Counted from the first letter of the stretch, positions 47,027 through 57,187 are shown. The stretch: DNA of 64,000 nucleotides from an uncultured Pelagibacteraceae bacterium (GCA_902591185.1 CACIZU010000001.1:14816-78815), one strand, 5' to 3'. Program-made: numbers and translations. The notes: generated by a model not told the origin, from the letters alone.

Positions 47027-47514
47027 TTTTTTAAAACAATCTTATCTTTTTTAAATTTATAAATAACCAGATTATTTCCTTTTCCTTTTCTATCAATAAT
47101 TAGAAAGTTCATATTTTTAATAGATATTAATGGAAAATGCCAAATTCCAGCTTTGTAATTTATTCCAGTTTGTTTAGGAACTATAAAGGATTTTATCTTA
47201 TCTATATTTGGCTTATTTCCTTTTGGAGCAACAAATACTAAAAATTTTGCATCTTCCATTGGGATAAATGCTTGGCTTCCTAGTGGATGTTTTTCCATCA
47301 TATCAATTATCATTGGGAAGCTTCTTTTTTTAGCCTTAAAAATACTTATTATTGGATTACCTTTTTTTTTAGAGGTATCTATTTTTATTAAATCATGAAA
47401 TCTTTTTGCATAGCCATTATTTATATTTATTGGGGTTTTTTTTGTTGTATCGATTAAATCTCCAAATTTAGAAAATTTTTTTTTAGTTATTTTTATTGGT
47501 CTAATTATTTTCAT
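47023..47514 (-). CDS. allA: Ureidoglycolate lyase
   Basis: FGDLI, INNG, MEKHPLGSQAFIP, GINY..GIWH, IDR. Confidence 0.92.
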   Translation of the reverse strand: MKIIRPIKITKKKFSKFGDLIDTTKKTPININNGYAKRFHDLIKIDTSKKKGNPIISIFKAKKRSFPMIIDMMEKHPLGSQAFIPMEDAKFLVFVAPKGNKPNIDKIKSFIVPKQTGINYKAGIWHFPLISIKNMNFLIIDRKGKGNNLVIYKFKKDKIVLKK

Positions 47515-48497
47515 TTCACAAAGTTTCCAAATGCCCTTATTCTTGAAATACCTCCATCAGGATAAATATTTATTCTTAGAAAATTTTCTTTATTTCTTTT
47601 AAGTAGGAGTTTTTTAAAAATATGTTTTTTATTTGCTGATAATTTTGCTTTGTTTAATATAACCTTCCATTTTGCTGAACTTTTAACAATGGAATTAGCG
47701 GAAATATCTTTTGAAATGTTTGTGGTTTGTATTGAGCATGTATCAGGATAATTTCCTTTAAAATGGTGAGTATCTATCTCTAATTTTTTTATTAATCCAG
47801 GTTTCCCAAACTTAATTATTAACCAGTCAAAATTTTTTCCTCTACTTCTTCTCGTTTCCCAACCATCTCCCATATTTTTACCTTTACCAGGTGCTATTAT
47901 GTTTTCAGCCCGTCCAAAATGCTCATTATTACAACCAACAATTGAAGCACCATTTAAAACTGATGTTAAGTTTATATTTTTTTTATTTAGATTTATCTTT
48001 CCCATATCTATTTTACCATAAAGTCTAATTCTTGCTATACCACCATCAGGGAAGATATTTAACCTTACATGGTTATAAATAGATCTATTTTTTGAAGGAA
48101 AGGTATGATTTTTATTTGGTCCAAGTTTTTTTTTATTTAACAGAGAGATCCATTTAGTTTTTTTATTTGGTTTAGTTTTACTAAAACAACCTTCAATTGA
48201 TGCATGAGTAGGTTGGTTTCCATTAAAGTGAGTTGTATCTATATCTATATTATATATTTTGCCTGGTTTACCTAATTTTAAAATAAGATAGTCGTAACCC
48301 TTTGATCTTTTTCTTCTTGTTTCCCAACCATCCATCCACTTTCCATGTTTATCAAATAAACCTTCTTTAAAAACTGGTGCATCAGTATTTAAAATTCTAT
48401 GAGCGGGTGCAAAAAAATCGTCAGTTTTAAAAATAATCTTTGATCCAATTCTTGGATCTGCTAAATTTATCATTTTACCACTTATAAATTTTTTCAT
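47511..48497 (-). CDS. alc: Allantoicase
   Basis: Duplicated DGWETRR, IDTxHFxGN and LxINIxPDGGIxR repeats. Confidence 0.96.
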   Translation of the reverse strand: MKKFISGKMINLADPRIGSKIIFKTDDFFAPAHRILNTDAPVFKEGLFDKHGKWMDGWETRRKRSKGYDYLILKLGKPGKIYNIDIDTTHFNGNQPTHASIEGCFSKTKPNKKTKWISLLNKKKLGPNKNHTFPSKNRSIYNHVRLNIFPDGGIARIRLYGKIDMGKINLNKKNINLTSVLNGASIVGCNNEHFGRAENIIAPGKGKNMGDGWETRRSRGKNFDWLIIKFGKPGLIKKLEIDTHHFKGNYPDTCSIQTTNISKDISANSIVKSSAKWKVILNKAKLSANKKHIFKKLLLKRNKENFLRINIYPDGGISRIRAFGNFVK

Positions 48498-48991
48498 TTA
48501 TTTATTATTTCATTAAGACGAAAAGTTGCAATTTTTTTTACTTGTTTTTTTGCCTCTAGGAATTCATCTTCTACATCATTTGATATTCTTTGTCTAAAAT
48601 TATTTAATATTTCATTTTTATCTTTACCTTTAACTGCAATTATAAATGGGAAATTAAACTTTTCTTTATATTTAAGATTTAATTTTTTAAATTCTTCATA
48701 TTCATCACTGGAACACTCATTTAGCTTGGCAGAAGCTTGTTCCGATTTAGACTCAGAAGTCAATTTTTTTGCTACAGCTAGTTCTGGATGTAAGTTCAAA
48801 ATTTCAAATATTTTATCTTTTCCATATTTTTCATAAATATTTAGCATTTTATAAATTATATCTTCAAAGTCTCTAAATGGTTTTAATTCAAAAGCTTCTA
48901 GAGCTACAGACTCAGTTTTTTCAAAAACATTACCAAATATTGATAAAAAATCAGACTTGTTAAGATCGTTAATGTTATCTATTGTTCTCAT
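48494..48991 (-). CDS. uraD: OHCU decarboxylase
   Basis: GNVFEK, HPEL, SKSEQASA, YKEKFNFPFIIAV, KIATFRL. Confidence 0.92.
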   Translation of the reverse strand: MRTIDNINDLNKSDFLSIFGNVFEKTESVALEAFELKPFRDFEDIIYKMLNIYEKYGKDKIFEILNLHPELAVAKKLTSESKSEQASAKLNECSSDEYEEFKKLNLKYKEKFNFPFIIAVKGKDKNEILNNFRQRISNDVEDEFLEAKKQVKKIATFRLNEIINK

Positions 48992-49039
48992 ACAAGTTTT
49001 AATAATTTAAGTTTAAAATTTAAATGATACTATAATCTT

Positions 49040-49390
49040 ATGACAAAGCTAACAACTCATGTTTTAGATATTTATTCAGGAAAACCTGGCAGTGGCATTT
49101 CTGTTGATTTATATTATTTAAATAATTCAGAAAGAAAAAAAATAACTTCAGTCAAATTAAATAATGATGGTAGAGCTGACTCACCTTTAGCAGAGGGAGA
49201 GAATTTTATTAAAGGAAAATATGAATTAGTTTTTTATATTGGTGATTATTTTAAAAATATATCAACAGCAAAAGACGTTCCTTTTCTTGATGATGTAATA
49301 ATTAGATTTGGAATATCAAATCCTTCAGAGCATTATCATGTACCTTTATTAGTTTCACCTTGGAGTTATTCTACTTACAGAGGTAGTTAA
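49040..49390 (+). CDS. uraH: 5-hydroxyisourate hydrolase (transthyretin-like)
   Basis: LTTHVLD..GKPG, DGR, HYHVPLLVSPWSYSTYRGS. Confidence 0.97.
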   Translation: MTKLTTHVLDIYSGKPGSGISVDLYYLNNSERKKITSVKLNNDGRADSPLAEGENFIKGKYELVFYIGDYFKNISTAKDVPFLDDVIIRFGISNPSEHYHVPLLVSPWSYSTYRGS

Positions 49391-50827
49391 GTGATATCTA
49401 ACACTGTTAAATTTTTATTGAATGATAAAATTTTAGAAATCAATAATCCCGATCCAAACCAAACAATACTTAATTATATAAGAACAGAACTAAAAAAAAC
49501 TGGCACAAAAGAAGGATGTGCCGAAGGTGGTTGTGGTGCATGTACCGTTGTGATTGGTGAACTAGCAAGCGGACAAATAAAATATAGTGCAATTAATTCT
49601 TGCATTTCATTTGTACCTTTTTTGAATGGTAAGCAGCTTTTGATAGTTGAAGATTTGGTATCCAAAAATGGAAATCTTCATCCAGTTCAAGATGCAATGG
49701 TTAAATTTCATGGTTCACAGTGTGGTTTTTGTACACCTGGGTTTGTGATGTCTTTGTTTTCGATGTTTAAGAATAACAAAAGTTATAATAGTGAATTGAT
49801 AAAAGATTCCATTTCAGGAAATTTATGCCGTTGTACCGGATATAGACCAATAATTGATGCTGCGAAAAGTTTAAACAAAATAAATAAAAATGATGAATTT
49901 AGTAAAAGTAAAAATAAAATTGTTAAACTTTTAAAAAGAATTAATTCGAAAAAAATTTATATTAAAAATGAAGATAAAACTTTTTTTTCACCCAAAACAA
50001 TTAAAGATTTAAAAAATATAATTAAAAAAAATTCTAATTTTAATTTTCTTTCAGGAGGAACAGATTTATCTTTAAAAGTAACAAAAGAAAGAAAAGAAAT
50101 TTCAAGTATAATAAACTTAAAAGAAATAAAAGAATTAGATTTTATAAAAATAAATAAAAATTATATAGAGGTTGGGGCCGCAACTTCTTTAACTAAATTT
50201 GAAAATCAAATTAAAAAATATTACCAAGATTTTTATGCAGTTCTAAAAAGATATGGATCTGTTCAGATCAGAAACGTAGGTACAATAGGGGGGAATATTG
50301 CTACGGCCTCACCCATAGGTGATACTCTGCCAATTTTATTATCTCTAAATGCTGAGATTTTAATTGAAAGTCCAAATAAAAGGAAAGTTTTACCAATTAA
50401 TAATTTTTTTATTGGTTATAGAAAAACTAAATTAAAAAAGAATGAATTTATTCGTTCAATAAAAATACCATTATTTAAAAAGAATATTTTTAAAGCATTT
50501 AAAATATCAAAAAGATTTGATGATGATATTTCGTCAATTTGTGGTTCTTTTAATTTTGAAATTAAAAACAGTAAAATAAACCAGGCATATATTGCATTTG
50601 GAGGTATGTCCGCTGTGCCAAAAAGAGCAAAAGCCTGTGAGGCAATTCTTAGAAATAAACCTTTAACAATTAATACATTTGTTAAAGCAAAAGATTATTT
50701 AGAGAAAGATTTAAATCCTATTGGCGATATGAGAGCTAGTAAAGAATATAGATTAGAGGTAGCTAAAAATTTATTAATCAAGTGTTTTTTAGAAATGAAC
50801 ACTAAAAAATTAACAAGAGTTATTTAA
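49391..50827 (+). CDS. xdhA: Xanthine dehydrogenase small subunit (2x2Fe-2S + FAD)
   Basis: TGTKEGCAEGGCGAC, QCGFCTPG, GNLCRCTGY, GGTDL, ASPIGD, KISKRFDDDIS; GTG start. Confidence 0.96.
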   Translation: MISNTVKFLLNDKILEINNPDPNQTILNYIRTELKKTGTKEGCAEGGCGACTVVIGELASGQIKYSAINSCISFVPFLNGKQLLIVEDLVSKNGNLHPVQDAMVKFHGSQCGFCTPGFVMSLFSMFKNNKSYNSELIKDSISGNLCRCTGYRPIIDAAKSLNKINKNDEFSKSKNKIVKLLKRINSKKIYIKNEDKTFFSPKTIKDLKNIIKKNSNFNFLSGGTDLSLKVTKERKEISSIINLKEIKELDFIKINKNYIEVGAATSLTKFENQIKKYYQDFYAVLKRYGSVQIRNVGTIGGNIATASPIGDTLPILLSLNAEILIESPNKRKVLPINNFFIGYRKTKLKKNEFIRSIKIPLFKKNIFKAFKISKRFDDDISSICGSFNFEIKNSKINQAYIAFGGMSAVPKRAKACEAILRNKPLTINTFVKAKDYLEKDLNPIGDMRASKEYRLEVAKNLLIKCFLEMNTKKLTRVI

Positions 50828-53143
50828 ATGAGCAAAGAAAACTATATTGAAGAAATTAGACCTCACGATAGTGCTTACAAGCATGTTAGTGGCTATGCTG
50901 AATATACAGATGATATTCAGGAACCCAAAGGCACTTTATATGGAGCCATTGGTTTAAGTAAAAAAGCACATGCAATAATAAAAAAAATTGACTTAACTGA
51001 AGTAAAGAAAAGCAAAGGCGTTATTTCAATTGTTACATATAATGATATTCCAGGAAGAAATGATGTTGGGCCAGTTTTTAAAGGAGATCCTATATTTACA
51101 AAAAATAAAGTTGAGTTTTACGGTCAACCATTATTTGCTGTAGCTGCTACATCAACAGAGCTTGCAAGAAAAGCAGTATTAAAAGCTAAAATTTTGTATA
51201 GAGATTTAAAACCAATTATTACAATTAAAGAGGCTTTAAATAAAAAAAATTTTTTATTTAAGCCAAAAAAAATTAAAAAAGGTAATCCATCAAAAAAAAT
51301 AAAAACATCTAAAAATAGTTTAAAAGGGAATTTTACAACAGGAAGCCAAGAACATTTTTATTTAGAAGGCCAAGCAGCTTTTGTGATACCTAAGGAGGAT
51401 GATAATCTTTTAGTTTATACCTCAACTCAACATCCATCTGAAACGCAACAATTAATTGCAAAAATGTTAAATCAAAAAAGCAATTCAGTTAACGTAGTAG
51501 TTAGAAGAATAGGAGGTGGATTTGGAGGAAAAGAAACTAATTTCATGACAGCATGTATCTGTGCATTATTAGCTAAAAAAATAGGCAAACCTGTTAAATT
51601 AAGATTGGATAGAGATGATGATATAATTTTAACTGGCAAAAGACATGAATTTTTTTCTGAATACGAAGTTGGTTTTAATAATGATGGAGTTATTCAAGGT
51701 TTAAAGTTAAATTTATCTTCAAATTGTGGAATGTCACCTGATTTATCAGCAGCAATCAATGAGCGAGCTTTGCTTCATTTAGACAATGCGTATTATATTT
51801 CAGATATCGAGGCTACTAATTATTTATGTAAGACAAATATTTGTACTTCAACAGCATTTAGAGGTTTTGGCGGGAATCAAGGAATGATGGTTATTGAAAA
51901 TATTATAGATAATATTTCAAGATATTTAAAAAAAGATCCTTTAGAAATTAGAAAAAAAAATTTTTATCAAAATAGCAAAAAAAATATAACTCATTATGGA
52001 ATGAGTATTCAAGATAATGTAATAAATGAAATATTTAGAAAATTAGAGAAAAAATCAAATTATAAAAAACGATATTTAAAAATAAAAAAATTTAACGAAA
52101 AGAATAAATTTAAAAAGAAGGGTATAGCTATTACTCCAGTAAAATTTGGAATTTCATTTACAACAGTTCATTTAAACCAAGCAGGTGCTTTAGTTCATAT
52201 TTATACCGATGGAAGTGTTTATTTAAATCATGGTGGAATAGAAATGGGTCAAGGAACTCACACTAAAATAGCGCAACTTGTTGCCAATTCTTTTGGATTG
52301 CCATACAATTTAGTTCACATTTCATCAACAAATACATCTAAAGTTCCAAATACTTCTGCTAGCGCAGCTTCTTCAACAACAGATTTAAATGGTGCTGCTG
52401 CGTTAAATGCTGTGTCAAAAATTAAGCTAAATTTAGAAAATTTTATTAAAAAAAAATATAAAATTCATAATCACGAAGCAGTTTATAAAGACCAATATAT
52501 AGTTTTTGGTAAACAAAATTTTGAATTCAAAAAAATTATCCATGAAGCTTATTTGAATAGAGTATCTCTTTCGTCTTCAGGTTTTTATTCAACACCAAAA
52601 ATAAATTTTGATAAAAAAAAATTTAAAGGAAGACCTTTTTTATATTTTTGTTATGGTGCCGCAGTTTCTGAAGTTACTATAGATACTCTAACTGGAGAAA
52701 ATGTTTTAGAAAGAGTTGATATTCTACATGATGCTGGAAAACCAATTAATCCAGCACTTGAATTAGGGCAGATAGAAGGAGGTTTTGTTCAAGGACAAGG
52801 ATGGTTAACAATTGAAGAATTAAATTGGAAACCGAATGGTCAAATTACAACTTTTTCTCCTTCAACTTATAAAATTCCAGCTGTAAGTGATATTCCTAAA
52901 AAATTTAATGTTGAAATTTTTAAAGATGGTTTGAATAAAGAGAAAGTTGTAAATAAAGCAAAAACAACTGGAGAACCCCCTTTAATGTTAGCTATGAGTG
53001 TTTTTTATGCAATAAAAGATGCTGTGGCTTCAGTTGGAAATTACAAAATATCCCCAACAATTAATGCCCCAGCAACTCCTGAAAGAATATTAATGAGTAT
53101 AAATAAAATTAAAAATCAATTAGAAAATAAAAATGGAAGATAA
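50828..53143 (+). CDS. xdhB: Xanthine dehydrogenase molybdopterin subunit
   Basis: QEHFYLE, STQHPSE, GGGFGGKE, TAFRGFG, EMGQG, GEPP. Confidence 0.96.
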   Translation: MSKENYIEEIRPHDSAYKHVSGYAEYTDDIQEPKGTLYGAIGLSKKAHAIIKKIDLTEVKKSKGVISIVTYNDIPGRNDVGPVFKGDPIFTKNKVEFYGQPLFAVAATSTELARKAVLKAKILYRDLKPIITIKEALNKKNFLFKPKKIKKGNPSKKIKTSKNSLKGNFTTGSQEHFYLEGQAAFVIPKEDDNLLVYTSTQHPSETQQLIAKMLNQKSNSVNVVVRRIGGGFGGKETNFMTACICALLAKKIGKPVKLRLDRDDDIILTGKRHEFFSEYEVGFNNDGVIQGLKLNLSSNCGMSPDLSAAINERALLHLDNAYYISDIEATNYLCKTNICTSTAFRGFGGNQGMMVIENIIDNISRYLKKDPLEIRKKNFYQNSKKNITHYGMSIQDNVINEIFRKLEKKSNYKKRYLKIKKFNEKNKFKKKGIAITPVKFGISFTTVHLNQAGALVHIYTDGSVYLNHGGIEMGQGTHTKIAQLVANSFGLPYNLVHISSTNTSKVPNTSASAASSTTDLNGAAALNAVSKIKLNLENFIKKKYKIHNHEAVYKDQYIVFGKQNFEFKKIIHEAYLNRVSLSSSGFYSTPKINFDKKKFKGRPFLYFCYGAAVSEVTIDTLTGENVLERVDILHDAGKPINPALELGQIEGGFVQGQGWLTIEELNWKPNGQITTFSPSTYKIPAVSDIPKKFNVEIFKDGLNKEKVVNKAKTTGEPPLMLAMSVFYAIKDAVASVGNYKISPTINAPATPERILMSINKIKNQLENKNGR

Positions 53144-53603
53144 GAATAAATTTATGGCTCGTGCCATTCAACTATCAATAAAAAGTGCAACCACTATTGG
53201 AGGTCCATTCGGTAGTGTCATAGTTAAAGATAATAAAATTATATCAGAAGGATCAAATAAAGTTACTTATTCAAATGATCCAACAGCTCATGCTGAGATA
53301 GTAGCAATTCGAGGAGCTTGCGAACAATTAAGAACTTTTAATCTTTCTGGTTGTGAAATTTATACGACCTGTGAACCTTGTCCAATGTGCCTTTCCGCAA
53401 TCTATTGGTCTAGAATAGATAAAATATTTTATGCAAATACAAGAGAAGATGCAAAAAATATAGATTTTGATGATTCATTTATTTATTTTGAAGTTTCAAA
53501 AAAAATAGAAGATAGAAAAATTAAAATGACACAAATGCTTAGGAACGAAGCCATAAAAGCATTTGAAATTTGGGATAAAAAAGTAGATAAAATTAAATAC
53601 TAA
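53133..53603 (+). CDS. guaD: Guanine deaminase (cytidine-deaminase fold)
   Basis: GGPFG, NDPTAHAE, TCEPCPMCLSAIYW, FDD, C-terminal Tyr; inside purine operon. Confidence 0.85.
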   Translation: MEDKNKFMARAIQLSIKSATTIGGPFGSVIVKDNKIISEGSNKVTYSNDPTAHAEIVAIRGACEQLRTFNLSGCEIYTTCEPCPMCLSAIYWSRIDKIFYANTREDAKNIDFDDSFIYFEVSKKIEDRKIKMTQMLRNEAIKAFEIWDKKVDKIKY

Positions 53604-54512
53604 ATGGAATTTTTACCTTACACAATTAAATGGTTAGAAGTTACTCTAAGGTGGGCCCATGTCCTCTTTGCTATTTTGTGGGTTGGAAATAGTTTTTTAT
53701 TTAATTATTTAGATAATAAATTAAATAAAAACATAACTAGTGATGATATCGATGGTGAAGGATATCTAATGCACTCAGGGTTTTTTTATAAACTTACAAG
53801 GTTAAAAACCTCTCCTCCGCAGGATTATTTAAATAAATTAGTAATCTTTAAATGGCAAAGTTATTTGACTTTTGTAACCGGAATGTTGCTTTTGGTTATT
53901 ATCTATTATTATAATGCCGGTGTATTAATGGTTGATAAACGTGTTTTATTGATCCACCCAGGATACGCAATCCTTATTTCACTTTTATCATTAATTATTT
54001 CTTGGTTTGTTTATGATCTTTTGTGCAAATCTAAATTAATAGAAAATAATATTTTATTTATTTCTATAGCTATTATTTTGTTGGTACTCGTTTCTTTTGG
54101 TCTTACTAAATTGTTTGGACCAAAATTTGCATTTTTAAGTGTTGGAATGATTATAGGTACCAATATGTTTGGAAATGTATTTACAGTAATTATACCTAAT
54201 CAAATGAATATAATTAAAAGTAGTGAAAAAGGTGATAAATTCGACATGAGCTTATCTTTAGCGGCAAAACAACGATCAATACATAATAATTATTCTACCT
54301 TTTTAGTGCTATTCATTATGCTTTCAGGACACTTTAACTTCTTAGTTTATCATAAGTATAATTGGCTAATTTTATGTTTAGTTGGTTTGATTTCTGGAGT
54401 AGCAAGGCATTATTTTAATTTAAGAGGAAGAAACATTCATAGGTTGTATATATTGATTAGTTCAATTATTGCTTTCATTGGTCTTGCAGTTTTAGTTTTA
54501 TTATTTAAATAA
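53604..54512 (+). CDS. puuD: Membrane urate hydroxylase PuuD, membrane domain only
   Basis: RWAHV..ILWVGNSF, HSGFFY, FKWQSY, NVFTVIIPNQ, AKQRSIHNNY, MLSGH, RHYFN; no CxxCH. Confidence 0.88.
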   Translation: MEFLPYTIKWLEVTLRWAHVLFAILWVGNSFLFNYLDNKLNKNITSDDIDGEGYLMHSGFFYKLTRLKTSPPQDYLNKLVIFKWQSYLTFVTGMLLLVIIYYYNAGVLMVDKRVLLIHPGYAILISLLSLIISWFVYDLLCKSKLIENNILFISIAIILLVLVSFGLTKLFGPKFAFLSVGMIIGTNMFGNVFTVIIPNQMNIIKSSEKGDKFDMSLSLAAKQRSIHNNYSTFLVLFIMLSGHFNFLVYHKYNWLILCLVGLISGVARHYFNLRGRNIHRLYILISSIIAFIGLAVLVLLFK

Positions 54513-54529
54513 CTAAATATATAAAAATT

Positions 54530-55054
54530 ATGTCAGAAAAATTAATTGTCAGTTGGGATGAATACAACAAGACAGTAGAGAAATTAGCTATCCAAATTCA
54601 TGAAAGTGGTTACAGGCCAACAATATTAATTGGCATCATGCGTGGAGCCGCACCAATGATTGATGTTTTAAGTAGAATTTTTAAATTAAAATGCGCCTAT
54701 CTTGCTGTTGAGTCTTATAGCGGAAAAGGAGTTGAAGACGAGCAAGGTGATTTAGTTTTTTCAAGAGAGATGAGTTCGATTGCACCAAGCATGGGGGGAA
54801 GAATTCTTTTATGTGATGATCTATCTGATACAGGAATGACTTTTAATAAAAGTGTTGATTGGTTGAAAAAATATGAACCAATAAAAAATAAAATTGAGGA
54901 TATAAAAACAGCTACCCTTTTTAAAAAAAAACAATCAACTTTTGAGCCAGACTTTTGCGCCAATAAACTCCCTGACAATCCGTGGATTGTTCAGCCTTTC
55001 GAAATTTATGAAGAATTAAGAATAGAAGAAATTAAAAAAAGACATCAGAAATAA
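54530..55054 (+). CDS. Purine phosphoribosyltransferase (type I PRTase)
   Basis: VSWDEY, GIMRG, LLCDDLSDTGMT PRPP loop, WIVQPFE. Confidence 0.85.
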   Translation: MSEKLIVSWDEYNKTVEKLAIQIHESGYRPTILIGIMRGAAPMIDVLSRIFKLKCAYLAVESYSGKGVEDEQGDLVFSREMSSIAPSMGGRILLCDDLSDTGMTFNKSVDWLKKYEPIKNKIEDIKTATLFKKKQSTFEPDFCANKLPDNPWIVQPFEIYEELRIEEIKKRHQK

Positions 55055-55082
55055 AAAAGGCCAGTATAAAAACTGGCCTTTT
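55055..55082. terminator. Bidirectional intrinsic terminator
   Basis: AAAAGGCCAGT-ATAAAA-ACTGGCCTTTT between convergent genes, with T tails on both strands. Confidence 0.85.
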
Positions 55083-55106
55083 AAATTTTAAATTACTTTG
55101 TAAAAA

Positions 55107-56177
55107 TTATTTAGGTATATCTCCCTCAACACCTTTTACATATGTCATCATTCCTGCAAGCATGCCATCATCTGCAGTTTTACCTTCCGCAACCATTAAG
55201 CCACCTTTTTGGTCATAAATAGGTCCAGTGAAAGCATGAACTTTGCCAGATGCTAAATCTGCCTGAAGTTTTTTAACTTTAGCCTGTAAATCTGAAGGAA
55301 TTGCAGAGTCAAGATCAGATATTACAACCATACCATCACCAATACCATGCCATGTATCTTTTTGACTCCAAGTTCCGTTTGCTACAGCTTTAACTCTATC
55401 AACATAGTAAGGTCCCCAATTATTTTCAACTGAAGTCAATACCGCTTTAGGCGCAAATTTATCCATATCGCTTGCTTGACCAAAAGCATAAACACCAGCT
55501 TTTTCAGCAATCTGAACAATTGCAGTACTGTCAGTATGTTGAGCAATTATATCAGCACCTTGATCAATTAAAGCTTTAGCTGCTTCAGATTCTTTACCTG
55601 GGTCATACCAAGTAAAAGCCCAAACAATTTTTGTTTTGATATTTGGATTTACTTTTTGAGCTGCTAAAGTAAATGAATTAATTCCTCTTATCACTTCTGG
55701 AATTGGAAAAGATGCCACGTACCCAATAACATTAGATTTTGTCATCGATCCAGCTATTGTTCCTAAGATAGCTCTACCTTCATAGAATCTAGCTGCATAT
55801 GTTGAAACATTTGGATGTTCTCTTTTGTATCCAGTAGCATGTTCAAATTTTACGTTAGGAAACTCTTTTGCAACTTTATTAGTTGGATTCATATATCCAA
55901 AACTAGTTGTAAAAATAACATCATGACCAGAATTAGCTAATTGTCTAAGAACTCTCTCAGCATCAGCACTTTCTGGAACACCTTCCACATATGTAGTTTT
56001 ATATCCGGCAGCTTCTACAGCTTTTCTTCCTACATCATGCTGATATGTCCATCCATGGTCGCCAGTAGGACCAATGTAAACAAATGCTGCCTTAACATCT
56101 TTTGCAACAGCAGAAACAGTTAATGTAAATAAGAAAACTAAAGAAGAGACCAAAGAACGAGTAAATATTTTATGCAT
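55107..56177 (-). CDS. BMP-family ABC substrate-binding protein (purine/nucleoside)
   Basis: Signal peptide, GPTGDHGWTYQH, TTSFGY, FEHATG, PIPEVIRGIN, WYDP, QHTDS. Confidence 0.93.
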   Translation of the reverse strand: MHKIFTRSLVSSLVFLFTLTVSAVAKDVKAAFVYIGPTGDHGWTYQHDVGRKAVEAAGYKTTYVEGVPESADAERVLRQLANSGHDVIFTTSFGYMNPTNKVAKEFPNVKFEHATGYKREHPNVSTYAARFYEGRAILGTIAGSMTKSNVIGYVASFPIPEVIRGINSFTLAAQKVNPNIKTKIVWAFTWYDPGKESEAAKALIDQGADIIAQHTDSTAIVQIAEKAGVYAFGQASDMDKFAPKAVLTSVENNWGPYYVDRVKAVANGTWSQKDTWHGIGDGMVVISDLDSAIPSDLQAKVKKLQADLASGKVHAFTGPIYDQKGGLMVAEGKTADDGMLAGMMTYVKGVEGDIPK

Positions 56178-56254
56178 AAATTTATATCCCTTTTAGTTTT
56201 TTTTAAAAATTAAGCTTAAAGTAAATTATTTAAAAAAAAATAATTATTTTATAA

Positions 56255-57187
56255 TTAATTGTCTTTATAAAAAGATTTACCTAATGAGCTCGGTGTACTT
56301 AGTCTTATTTTTCTACTATCGCGAGAAATTACAACCAATACTACTATTGTAACAATATAGGGTAGAGCAGTCAAAAATTGTACAGGTATTCTTACACCCA
56401 TAGCTTGCATATGAAATTGAATTATTGTTAATCCACCAAAAATCATTGCACCGATTAAAATTTTAATTGGGTTCCATGTAGAAAATACCACTAATGCCAA
56501 TGCAATCCAGCCTCTACCACCTGTCATATTTTCAATCCACTGTGGAGTATAGATCATTGACAAATAGGCACCCGCAAGTCCACACATTGCTCCTCCGTAA
56601 AGTATGCAAGAATAACGAACTAATTTAACATTTATACCTTGGTTAGATGCTGATTCAGGAGAATCTCCTACAGCTCTCACAATTAATCCTAACTTTGTTT
56701 TTTTTAAAAAATAATTAGTAAAAAATGGTAAAGTGAAAGCAAAATAAAATACGATTGAGTGTCCAAATAATATTGGGCTTAAAAAAGGTATTGTGTCCTT
56801 TAAACTTTTAAATAAAACTGGGAACTCTTTTCCAGGAATACCAACAAAGTTTTTTCCAATCATTGCAGAAATTCCAATCCCAAATATAGTAAGTGCTAAG
56901 CCAGTTGCTACGTGATTTGTAATTAAAGTTTGGGTAAGGAATGCAAAAATAGTAGAAATTAAAACTCCAGCTATCATTGCACCAACTACTGCTATAAATA
57001 AACTACCTGTAACTGTCATTAAAGCAAAACCAGATATAGCTCCAATTATCATCATTCCTTCAACACCTAAATTTAGAACTCCCGATCTTTCAGTAATGAG
57101 TTCACCACAAGATGCTAAAATTAAAGGCACAGCAGAAGCCATGATTGATGTAATTATTAGTCCAACGAAATTTATGTCAATTATCAT
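56255..57187 (-). CDS. Nucleoside-type ABC permease
   Basis: GELITERSGVLNLGVEGMM, GRGWIALALV, LPYIVT. Confidence 0.93.
   Translation of the reverse strand: MIIDINFVGLIITSIMASAVPLILASCGELITERSGVLNLGVEGMMIIGAISGFALMTVTGSLFIAVVGAMIAGVLISTIFAFLTQTLITNHVATGLALTIFGIGISAMIGKNFVGIPGKEFPVLFKSLKDTIPFLSPILFGHSIVFYFAFTLPFFTNYFLKKTKLGLIVRAVGDSPESASNQGINVKLVRYSCILYGGAMCGLAGAYLSMIYTPQWIENMTGGRGWIALALVVFSTWNPIKILIGAMIFGGLTIIQFHMQAMGVRIPVQFLTALPYIVTIVVLVVISRDSRKIRLSTPSSLGKSFYKDN

Noticed and set aside
47511-48497. Repeated TTCCCAACCATC-containing segments in alc
   Set aside because: Explained by the known internal two-domain duplication of allantoicase.
46127-53143. Extreme Lys/Asn/Ile richness of catabolic enzymes as a sign of foreign origin or decay
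   Set aside because: Core genes in this window (hisC, tyrA, nadD, NlpC/P60) show the same bias and catalytic motifs are intact.
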